The notes under the pieces were generated by a model that was not told the origin of the DNA, searched no databases, and saw only the letters and a program-made list of their open reading frames with translations. Shown here one piece after another: positions 13,401-24,063 of a stretch of DNA of 64,000 bases (position 1 is the first letter of the stretch; the number at the start of each line of letters is the position of its first letter). This DNA is from Balanoglossus misakiensis (Eukaryota > Animalia > Hemichordata), in the NCBI GenBank assembly GCA_040954595.2, contig CM082596.2, positions 124,001 to 188,000 on the forward strand, given 5' to 3'. Position numbers and translations under genes: made by a program.

Positions 13401-15360
13401 CAACTTGATAAGTCATCACTAAAGTGATATATTATCTGAAGTAATCACAGAAGAAGTTAACTTTCTCATTCATTTGGAAATTTGGACCACAATACATGTG
13501 TATATCAACACTGATGTTTAGGGGTATGTTAAAACTGAACTTTAGTACCTAAGTTCACATGAGTTTTATTCAAGCATGGCTTAGCACAGCACTAAAGCTT
13601 ATGGTAATGCTTGTGTGTATCTTTGGTGAAAACATAAAAATTAAGAATAACAAGGTACTGAAACCCAAGAAATCTGCCACAACTTAAATTTCAAATTCAA
13701 CTCTACAACCTTCCCACCTGTCTAAATAGAGTGGTATGTCACTTCTGCAGATTGTGAATTGGTTGTCTTGAAATATAATAAAGTACGCTGTTGTTATAAT
13801 GTTAGTGCAGAAATCTTGCCCAATTGTAGACTGAAGTATACAAATGTAACTCTAGCCATGTTCAATATTGGTTTCTATCAAGGCTACATTCCAATGTAAT
13901 TCAGTCAAAATACCAAACTTAAGTTACAGGACTGAGGTGCAGAATGGAAATAAAAATGACTAGTCAAAGCTGTAATTTGTGTGTGTTTGTAATTTTTGGT
14001 CAATCACCAAAATCTTGATCACAGCAGATTTGATTTTCAAATTAATACATACTTTTCCAGTCTATATCTGTATGGCTGTGAACAGATTTTATAGCCTATT
14101 TTTACCTGTACATTTCAAGTTGGCACATCACAATGTAAATTTCATTGCAATGTGTCAATAACATCACAACAATTTTACTGATTATTATATAGGACAAAAT
14201 CCATTGATATCCCATTAAATCATTTTTATATTTCCTACTGGCACATACATATTTCAGTTACATGAAGATTGCAAATTAATTTCCTAGCGACAGCCAACAA
14301 GTCTTGTCACTTCAATGGGGAAATAGAACTGCATTGTACTTTTGCTAATGTCTGAGTCATCATTCAAGTTCAACACACAGAGAATTTATTTAAGTAGGGT
14401 TACATTGTTTACAATAAAACATTATGGATTACACTTCTCCATTAATATATATACCATATCATGTTTACTCCTTACAAGTTAAATGTTTGGCTAAATATGA
14501 GAATAAAACTACTGAATGAATAAAATAATCAAGATTAACTTTATTTTGATATTACACAATGGGCATGAATGGCCATCAATAATTATACTGTACAGTCTTT
14601 AAATGATTATAGATCCACCTGCAAGCTTTTGTTATATAGTTCTTGGTCACGACATTTGATGACCCTGTGTTGTTGGCCATGTCCTGGCCTTCAAATGTAA
14701 ATGAAGCGATAAAAACTCTCCTTCTGACCTCAAACCAGTACATAAATGATAAAGGACAATGTTGTTATCTGACATGATGGCCGCCAAGCCACTGTTATTG
14801 ATTCTCAAATGCAAGAACCACAGAGAGGACTTGATTGATACAAATCACAGTCTCTCCTCCTCAAGCGAAATAATGAAAAATAGGAACCCTGCACATTCAC
14901 TTCCTCACCCAATTTCTCAGTTTAAGACAAGTACATGGTACCATGGAGGTACATGTACCTCCATGATGGTTGTACGCGTCGACAGAATGAGACTGAGACT
15001 ATGGTGAACGCCAACCCAAACTGATGAAGTTTACATTACAATTGAAAGTACTTGAAGAAAACATTTTCCTCTGACATGATACTCACTCAAAATTGCACGC
15101 AAGTTTTTTGTTTTACTCTTTTAAAAGAATAAAAAAAAACAGGAGTGCCCTTCGCGTTTATTACACATATACTATGAAATTGACAGCGTACTCCCTGTGT
15201 ATATGTACACCGTGAGTGTACGTACAGTGCAGTGTTTGATGGTCCACTGCGAGCTACCCCTACACGATTTATTTCGTCGGGTTTCCCACTCACCTGAGCC
15301 AGCGTAGAAGGCAACTTCGCCTTCCGGTGACGAGTCGCTTGTGCTATCTACCGAACTCAT
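1476..15360 (-). CDS. TRIO: Trio/Kalirin-family RhoGEF, N-terminal part (SEC14/CRAL-TRIO domain plus first spectrin repeats); gene continues past the left edge of the window
   Basis: Phase-consistent GT-AG exons: 15294-15360 (MSSVDS...), 5926-6000 (RDGFRATDILPILREKIAFLS), 5655-5766 (GGRDKRGGPVLTFPARS), 4601-4691, 4339-4440 (IIKPENFWQKHRT), 2593-2706 (FDGTLPYEHEEWIELRL), 1874-2308 (KLKLDQCFQMRVFEQDCEK), 1476-1598 (MFDWIGHNRELF). About 373 aa, closely matching the Trio/Kalirin N-terminus. Exon 1 is inferred from ATG, a gtgagt donor and phase match across a ~9.3 kb intron. Confidence 0.93.
3190..3292. mobile_element. Degenerate ~100 bp TTAA-flanked MITE (piggyBac-like)
   Basis: ttaa-cctctctgacccct ... 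aggggtggcagggg-ttaa: imperfect terminal inverted repeats bounded by TTAA on both sides; lies in a Trio intron. Confidence 0.5.
3826..3897. promoter_or_regulatory. Divergent pair of CTCF-like motifs / imperfect inverted repeat
   Basis: tcgccctctagtgc (reverse complement GCACTAGAGGGCGA) at 3831-3844 and caccagagggggcgcta at 3878-3894 resemble the CTCF core CCASYAGRKGGCRS. Confidence 0.35.
5486..5524. repeat. Hairpin core of a palindromic non-autonomous element
   Basis: agactgtttca-ctcggccttcggcctcc-tgaaacagtct: 11-bp arms around a GC loop of the same style as the element at 11462-11630. Confidence 0.55.
8370..8506. repeat. Perfect 67-bp tandem duplication (2 copies)
   Basis: aggatcatgtgactataatgaaatgtacacattggattggtaaagtactgaatttgtccatgcatac starts at 8371 and again at 8438. 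Confidence 0.95.
9030..9072. repeat. Pyrimidine-rich (TTTC/TTCC)n microsatellite
   Basis: Read directly from the sequence. Confidence 0.8.
11462..11630. mobile_element. 169-bp GC-rich palindromic (fold-back) element, MITE-like
   Basis: Nested arms: cccccgtatt/aatacggggg, cctgcgtcgcg/cgcgacgcagg, gtgattccc/gggaatcac, cgtatagc/gctatacg, gtatccctcc/ggagggatac; central loop tcgcctgcggctc; CpG-rich against an AT-rich intron. Confidence 0.8.
14942..14965. repeat. 24-bp perfect palindrome
   Basis: catggaggtacatgtacctccatg is its own reverse complement. Confidence 0.9.
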
Positions 15361-15720
15361 AATTAAAATGTCAACATAATCCTTGCTATGACATCGTTAT
15401 CAGGTTTTTCACACCGTAAACATAGTATTCCCGTTCAAGTCGTCGGCCATATTGAATCTGGTTCAATCGCCTCGAAGTCATCCGAAAATAGCCGAGTCCT
15501 GACGTCATGGCGTAATCTCAAAGTGACCTGTGTAAAGGACATGCAAAAGTTTGTGAATCACTCAAATATACAATTGAGGCATTGTTGTGCATCCATATGT
15601 GTGGTAATGACTTCGGAAACCGTATGCTAGTTCGTCGGTGAAAAACACTGTCCGTCAAATTCGTTCTAATAAATTCGAAACAATGCCATAAACACGTGCA
15701 ATTGACACTTACACGCAACG
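15361..15720 (-). promoter_or_regulatory. CpG-enriched putative Trio 5' UTR/promoter with a perfect CRE
   Basis: CpG density rises upstream of the exon-1 ATG; TGACGTCA at 15500-15507. Confidence 0.45.
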
Positions 15721-16722
15721 CTCAATTTCAGCTCACAGTAACCAGACTAGCCTACCACTAGCTAGGGCCTTCAGATTCTTGCTGTGGTGAAGATGTCAAT
15801 ATTTTACGATAAAATAGAAACAATGTAGAAAAAAATACAATACAAAAACTGTCGATAAAACAGCACCTTTTCTTTCGAAACTTCTCTGTCGTATTTGGGC
15901 TCATGGTACGTGTGTATACGCGTATGCAAAAACGTTATAGAAATTTACCTTTTTTCCTTTTTGGTCAAATTCTCAAGTTGCTCTGACATGGATAATTCCC
16001 GTTGCTATATACCAAACAACAAACTTTCTGTGCTTTTGTCCGTGATAAGCGGTATTTTACGGGCCCGGTCCTCATGAATTCATCTGCTTTCGCCTATCCC
16101 TAAGAATTGTCAGCTTCTTCCTCATTTCTGCAGACGACAAATTATGATGCGCATAAAGTGGTTGCGCAGTTGTCATACTCGTCATGCGCGGACTTCGCAC
16201 GCGTCGCTACGCGTTTCAGTATGGGGAAGTCCAAGTTCATAAAAGTAAATGCAAGGATCAAAACATTTTATGCGTGAAAGTCGAAAAAAAAATTAATCGT
16301 GTCGCTTATAAAAACGAAGAAATTTCTTTAGCACTCTTGACTGAGGGCGCTATAGATAGAGTTGAGAGGCGTCCGATGACATCAACGGCCATCTTCGCTC
16401 GACAAGGTCTTGGTCTGGGAGAGTGTGGTCGAGCCAACGAGCTGCTTCAAAAGATTTTTAAGTCACGATAACAATTGCGGACGATCATAAATTATATCAT
16501 GGCCGACGAAAGTATTGGCGTTTCAGGGGATATCAAAGAAATGTAATTTTGTCAATCCACATCCCCTCTGATACTCCAAGAATGGTGTAGACAAAACACC
16601 CATTAAATTGCACCTTTCTCTCTGTTTCACACACACACATACCCAATGTCATCGAACACATGACACCCCTACATTGTTACCAAACAAAAGCTTTATTGAA
16701 ACGTTTAGCTTATGTTGCTTGA

Positions 16723-16745
16723 ACACACACACACACACACACACA
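16723..16745. repeat. (CA)n microsatellite
   Basis: Read directly from the sequence. Confidence 0.9.
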
Positions 16746-17272
16746 AAACAACAACATATTAAACCAAATCAGTTGTATTCATTCAAAATCACGTGTCCCC
16801 ACACTTTGCTTATACCTAACGTTATATACTTTTTTGGTCATCAAATTTAATTTATGTTGTGGTTTATCACACCATAAATGATGTGACATTGCATGCATCA
16901 ATCTGTAAAAGCACGAACAGTATTTGAATGACAGTTAAATACAAACATAAAACTTGTGCACTTAAAGACCAGTAGTGTTGAGTGCTGCATACATTTAATG
17001 TCAAAACCTGAGCTGCTATGCGTAAAATCTTATTCAACTCAAAGCACCCTTGAAGAGTTACAACTTAAAAAAAAAACGGATGTGGTTTCTCAAAACCATG
17101 AGTTAATGTTGAAACCCCTCGGCAGCAAATAGCTATCAAAACGCGAACACTGTGTAGTTGACATAATAAATATTTTTTTCTTCCAAAAACTAGAAGCATA
17201 AGAAGTGGTTTTCATCACAACCAAGGACATCAGAGTTCAGTAGAATCGCTTCGAAAATGTGATGGTACTTAC

Positions 17273-20200
17273 AGATTAGCCAATGGTATTTCCGACTGTA
17301 AATCGTCAGAAAGTAATAAACACGAATGTAAATGAAGCGACAGGCAGCTGTTTTAGTCAAATAGCATGTCGTGAAGATGGACTAGAAAATTTGTTGAACT
17401 ATTGTAGAGTTGTAACGACGTCGGTTGAAGTGTTTATACCATAGATTCTGTCAGTGTGCATAAATACTGTGACTTTGACCCTGTGTGGATTGATAAATAA
17501 TAACAAATAAACAAATACTTTCCTCTGTAGATGAACATGTGAAAATAATCATGCTATATTGAAATGACTTAGGGTCAAACCAAAATATGAACGCTCTGAC
17601 AATCACTTTTCGTGCTCATACCTGAACTCGTCAGCAATATTAAATATTCGAATTCCTTGCAAGTGTACAAATACGAAAATACGAAAACGCTTTGAATATT
17701 GTTTTGTGATGCTCTTAACAACGGCCTTAGAAATGCTGTTTGGTACTCAAGGCAGTCGGACCGGGTAGAGAAAGGACATACCGTTATCCTGATGCGAAAA
17801 TGTCCATTTATACTCCTCTTGGCATGAACCCGCCTGATAGGTTTGACAATACCCGAATCATTGACGCTTATAAATCTGCAAGGATTGTGTACACACTCAA
17901 AGGTCATGAACTCTCCACCAACAACATTGAACCGAAAACGGCATGTGGTTTCACCGCGGCCCTGTAAATGCAAAAAAACAACATCCATTTCAGTCCGTTT
18001 AGATGATTGGGAGTCCTTTGGAAGACAGCGCCCTCAACAGACTGAAGATCAACAAGAATTGAGCTGACTGACAACTGACAACAAATACAATTATTTTACT
18101 CACGTTTGAAAATAAATGTCCATTTTTGAGAGATAAATAATTGATAGGATTTGCATAGCTTCGTAGTGTGATTATATTATCGCCGACATCACCAACTTTC
18201 TGTACGATAAATTTCGCTGAAAATAATCGAAATGTGAATAAATTGTATATCATGTTGATAGCTCTTGGAGGCATAGATTTTCTAATCATATTTTTTTGCG
18301 TTTTATGCGCTAACATGCAGCTTTAATGTCCAGAGAATCTGGGCTGTATACAATCGTGGTTCGTTGACCAAACAAACTCTAGTGAGATTCTGTCTGACTC
18401 TCCGGTCGTTTTCGGCGTTTATTTGTAAGTCTTTACGATGTAAAGTACACCTTACGTACCTTGATCCGACGGTGCTGCACCGGAGCCGTCTAGTTTTCCC
18501 GTCCTAGTATTAATTTTTAAATATTTGCCACTTGCCCGCGATATCATTTGTATGATATTACCAGTTTCCAATGTCTTAGGCTACACACGAAAAGATCATA
18601 AGTAACAAAAATTGAATAAAAACAATGAGCAGCGTTATTCAATACGTCTGTCCATCAATGAGCATTACGGAATGCACGTTTTCAAAACAACACTCACCGG
18701 TAAACCTGCTGTGTGACCACGACATACGTAGTTTTCGTGTTCAAAGGTGATGCCCTAAGGGGAAAACACACACACGATCACTCGGGAGGTGCAGGGTTAG
18801 GAAAGATCCTGGGAAGGAGGTATGGAAATGGATGGGTGCATGGCGTGTAGTAACAAAACAAGAGAAAACAGTTTTTTCGGTATTAGTTGTACCACCAAAC
18901 TGTTAAATACGGGGATCAATGGTTGCCATGGTATCCAAGGACGCTAATGTATCCATCTTTCTAGGTCATTCAGCCGGTTGTTTGTTTCGCGCTTGTACTT
19001 TCTTATGTTGTCATCGACAAGAAGGATTTGTTTTTCTCTTTGTTTTGGTTTTGCTTCAACAGAAACATTGACCAGTATTGATTGATCTACATATTCCGTG
19101 CATTGATTTTGCTGTTGTAAAAGAAACAGACGACAGATAATCTTAGCACTTGTGAAAAATTGCAAATTCTAGTATATCTGGTGGAAGTGAGTTCAACAGT
19201 GGTTTAGTGTTTAGCTTATTGACAAATTGGAAACCAAATTAATGTGCATTGCCCACCGTGAAAAGTCGCAAATATATGTTAGTTTAATTGTGCTTACTTC
19301 GTGTCGTTTTGGCTTCATTGAGGGAGGAACCCATCCATACAGAGTTGACATGTACAGCTGAAACAAAGAACAGAAACGTTAACTGGGCATCATACATACA
19401 CATGTGATGCGTGATGTCACTAGTGACGTCACGGTCATGACTAAACGACAATGTCCAGGTGATGAACCAAGTTCGACATACATCATCTTAACTTCAGCGT
19501 GGCCTAAGCTTACATAATAGAATACTATTAAAGTCTTTGTACTCTGCAATGAGTTTAGACATAGGCAGTAGTCTATGGTTTAGAGTACAATGTACTATTA
19601 TCCGATTGTTCTTTCTTGAATGGCACGAATAATGGGAGAGATAGTGTCGTTGGATATAGATTACGCGCTGTCACTTCACTGGACTGGCTACAAAACACTC
19701 TCAATAATTTCAATCCCTATGAGTGGTTGTGCGTGTTTTTTTTCATCCAGCAAAATTGAGTGGGTGGGTTAGGGTTAGGGTTAGGGTCCCACAGATCTAG
19801 AGCTTGACTTTTGACCTGCCGGGCAAACTTTGTAAAAATCCAATCACGCCCATTTCACCTTAACTCTTACAATGTTCAATGACAACTACCACTAGCCTAT
19901 CCTACGGAAAGTCAGAGAATTTGGACAATGAAGCCGAATTGAAGAATAATTTAATAGAGTCAATTGGCTATCACGTTGGCTGTAGTTTATCTACCCACGG
20001 CGAACAGGACACTTAATGTCTGTAACCCGTGAGAGTTGCGATGAGTTATTGCCTGTAGAATGACCCATGCAGCGTTGACAGGTGCATGGATGGCAACCTT
20101 TGTACGTATTGATTATTGGCAGCATCTATGTCTAACACTTGTGGAATGCGAACACCTGCTCTGAATAACTTCTAATACCTGTTTAATAGACTCCGTTCCG

Positions 20201-21829
20201 CAAAATTGACTCTATCAAATTTATATTTCTCTGGTCGACTAGAAGTCGCTGCGATGCAACTCATAAGAGGCAAGTTTACCGACAAAGGGTTTTGGAGATT
20301 CGGACGTGTCGTATCAGTCAACAGACGGGTAATTGTGAAAATGCACACAACGAGGTCATTTAAACCTCTTACAGAAAACAATTACTCGGTGTCATTTTTA
20401 CTGCGTTATTGTACTTACATTGAAATCCATGAAACTGTCTTGAACCACTGAATCCATTTCCATCGTTGAAAGTGGAAAAAAATACAAAAGAAAAACACAA
20501 AATTAACATGGAAACTACATGAGAACCGCCAGTGTGAAGTTTTGGTGTGTACCTTGCGACCGTAACTAAGGCTTTAACAGGCGTAGTCGCCGCCTCTGTC
20601 GCGGGATGTGTAATTGTGGGACGGCTTGATTGCACAAGTTGGTTACTTTTTGACACCTGAGTCAGTGATATATGACTACAGGGTTCCACAGCATGTCGGA
20701 CTGTGTACACATGCGATGTTTTGATTACTTCTAATTGCCAAACAATGTAGCCGTATACATTTCACAGTTAACGTACCTGTTACTGTGTTAGTATGAGAAA
20801 TGAAAATCACAGCGCGAAGAAATAGAACCTTCGAAATGATATAGCTTTGGCTTCCAGACAAGCAATAAATCACACCTCTCGCCATTGAGAAGTCATCCCT
20901 ATTTATTAAATCTGTAGCTTTAAAACTCGTTCTCCTTTATTTTACATGTTTCTCCTGGCTATAAAATAATGTAAGATATAACTAAAAATTCTCACCATTT
21001 TATATATTATATTACACGACGACGACTTTTTGTATTTTATTTACAGTTTAGAGATTACATTGTTAAAAGGGGGACGTGGCAGGTATTTTGTTTTGACTTC
21101 ACATGCTCATGTGATGGTCGTCAAATTATCCGGATCCTTAAGAACTAAACTTTGTCTGGTTCACTACTCATTGTAACATTATCTCTGGAGTGTGCTCGAT
21201 ACGCTGGGTATCAATTAACCCACTGTAAGTACAAGGTTGTCATGACAATGGTAACTAAAGACGCCATATCACGTTCAGTAATTTTTGTGTAACAAATGAT
21301 GCGTCACGCGTATGTGGGCGGGTGTGTGTGTGTGCGTGCGTGCGCGTGTGTGCACGCGTGCGTGCGTCTGCGAGAGCGAGAGACGGGAAATGGTCCCAGT
21401 ATTCGTTGACGAATATCCCCTTCTCAGTGGTAATTACCCCCATCCCACCAATCGTAAAAGGTTTACCCCACAAAAGTCGTCTGCCGCTAATTGGTTTCGA
21501 TCGGCCCCGAGAAACAATTTAAAACTACACAACACTGACATCAACTTTACTGCATTACGAATATTACCAAACTTTCTCCGGGTATTCTAAAATCACTTTG
21601 ATAAGTAAAACATAGAGGGGCCAACTTTGTTCATATTTCAGTCACAACAAACAACACTCAACCTTTAACTTGAGAAACGCGTAAGAGATTAATATTAATG
21701 TAAGTTTTTTTCTTGTTAGACTATGTACAATGGTAAACGAAATAAAAGCGAATATTCTTACGAGACGGAGCTGGCAATTGATGGTCTGACTAGACTAAGA
21801 AGGGTAAAACCCAACACCACACTTACCAT
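17273..21829 (-). CDS. Uncharacterised protein with a predicted single beta-trefoil (fascin/FGF/IL-1-like) domain and no signal peptide; last exon unresolved
   Basis: Phase-consistent GT-AG exons: 21827-21829 (ATG then gtaagt), 19298-19357 (LYMSTLYGWVPPSMKPKRHE), 18698-18754, 18460-18580 (GNIIQMISRASGKYLKIN), 18104-18216 (KFIVQKVGD..IITLRSYANPINYLSLKNGHL), 17782-17961 (CRFRFNVVGGEFMTFECVHNPCRFISVNDSG), 17273-17295. At least 185 aa with a three-fold repeated strand pattern. The fold is assigned by pattern recognition only. Confidence 0.75.
19769..19786 (+). repeat. (TTAGGG)3 interstitial telomere-like repeat
   Basis: ttagggttagggttaggg preceded by gggtggg. Confidence 0.8.
21322..21367. repeat. 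46-bp alternating purine-pyrimidine (GT/GC) tract
   Basis: gtgtgtgtgtgtgcgtgcgtgcgcgtgtgtgcacgcgtgcgtgcgt, unbroken purine/pyrimidine alternation. Confidence 0.85.
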
Positions 21830-24063
21830 TTTTGCAATATGGCTCAACGCGTTTGTTGTTCTCAAATCTACTTTGTTTCGAAAAAGAAACCAAGGTTGTA
21901 GGAAGGCTGAAATTGCCTAAATGATGTATTCCTACGTGCCTTTCAAGAGTCATGGTTCTGGACTGATGTTAGGTCACAATCGGTCAACGAAGTGCAGGTG
22001 ACAACAAAAAATGATACCGAGATGTTGGAGACAGACGACAGCGTTTCTCTCTATTCCCTGCCAACTCGTTTATATATATATTTCAACTCTTCGCAACCAC
22101 CTCAAAAGGAACATGCAGACTCTAATTTCCATGATAAAGCCACTTGCTCTAGAAATCCAACAAATCAATACACCCCTTTCTCTGTAACGATTAATTCGAA
22201 TAAGTATTTGCAGAGGGCTTTTCCATTATTTAGCTGTGTGTTGAATTCAACGGTCATAGGTTACGAGTTAGGTGGAATGCAGAGGGACCTAGCATCAGAA
22301 GTATTATTAGAGTACGTATACATTGTACTTGCATTCCATTGAGCCAATAAAATTAGATAGTTTTCCATGCCATCCCGCGAGTCGTCAGTCGGAAAAGGGA
22401 AGTTGTGTGAATTGTTTGTTGTCTAAATTTTATCAAATGTTGTCATGGTTTTCAAACTACCACCCGGAATTCTTCTTGTACATTGATGCCTTTGGTGAGA
22501 CCAACTACCAGCCCCGTAGTCTCGTTCTGTCCCGCAGGTCCGGGTGATCTTTTGTCCCTTGTGGACGACATTTGATGTTTATCAGAAAACAAAATCAAGC
22601 AGTGAGTGGTTTTAAATAATCTCTTAAAAGCTTATTGCTCAAAAGAATTGTAGCGTCAAGGGAATCTAAAAGGTGTGTGTGTCACATCGCAGTGACGTTT
22701 TCACTTGTCATACAAGTAACTAAAATACACATTTTCCACAAAAGGATCCAATCGCTTCCTCGCCTACTCTAAGAAATATTGAGCGTCTAATAAATTACTG
22801 TGGAATAAAGTCGAACATTAACGTATGGTTGTCATCATTTTGGCTTGACCTCTTTACGCAAAGTACGATTTAATATTTAAAAGAAACGTCTAGATTTCGC
22901 AGACCTAGATGGTTAACACGACGGAAAATAATTTCGGTGTATGTTTGCCAATTAACCGCAACTTCTCTCATACTACAGTTGTTGTCAGTATATGGTTTCA
23001 CCGATGTCACTATCTCTATCATTACGAATGTTTGAGGGCTCCCCAGGCAACTAAAACTGGTGCAGTAAGTACATGTACATGAATACAGGCTTTTCAATGA
23101 AGGTCATATGGCCATTTCTGCAGTCGACGTGAAAGGTTAGACACAAGAGGCGCATGCGCCCTGACTCGTTTGGGCGCTACACTTTTATACAAGACGGGGC
23201 ACTTTGCTCTGTAATAGTTATATCTGATATCATGTCCTGGCGTCTACTCACTGACCAATTACCAATCTATGTTTAGGGATGTCACCTTTTTGAAAACTTT
23301 CGTCTCATACAACTGCTGTCCTATGAAGATATTCAAAAGCGCCCCCACGTCAAGGCCGCTAGCTGTTTTGTCTTCGTCTTCTCTCGACTGGTTCTGCTCT
23401 GATAAACTGTAAGTTCTTTTACAATTTTAAGTTAAGCACATATGCGTAAACAAATTGGTATAGCCGTTCGAACATTGTGGGTTGAAGTAGCAATTGGTAT
23501 TCTTGTAAAGTGAAGACGAATTGTATTTGACGTGGCAGTTGTAATAACTTATAGCTCTGTTCAAATTTATTGTACACTGAAAGATGATGCTTTTGTTTAT
23601 GCTGTGTCATGACCTCAAATTTAATGAAATCGTTAAATGTTGCATCGACAAATGTTTCCCTGCATACCCATGTTTACTTGTCATGTGAACCCTCTCTCTC
23701 TAGCTCTGAGTGAAATGGAGATGCTTTTATTCATCTTCTTATTTAGGCCAATCCATAGCCAACAAACATGCCGTGTTTAATACACGGCCAAGGTGCCATT
23801 TTCTTTGCTAATTCATGTTCTCATTGAATACAAAATATTTTGGGCGTGCCGCCATCCCGACATAAATACAAAGCGGCACCTTGCAGTGGACAACCTATTC
23901 AAGACCATGTCGACCTGAGTAATCATATCAGTCTCTGAACAAAATACACATCAAACAGTTGGACAACTAGTTTTCTGATTATCATTCCACTGCATAAGTC
24001 ATTTGTAATCATACGTTGACTGCTTCTTTTGTTTTTATTGGTATTTCAGTACATGAGATCGAG

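Noticed and set aside
16770-17189. Candidate terminal exons of the trefoil gene (acceptors near 17189 and 16902)
   Set aside because: Both give open phase-2 continuations and cannot be distinguished without transcript data, so neither was included in the CDS.
19769-19786. Telomere or chromosome-fusion signature
   Set aside because: Only three TTAGGG units; such short arrays are common inside repeats.
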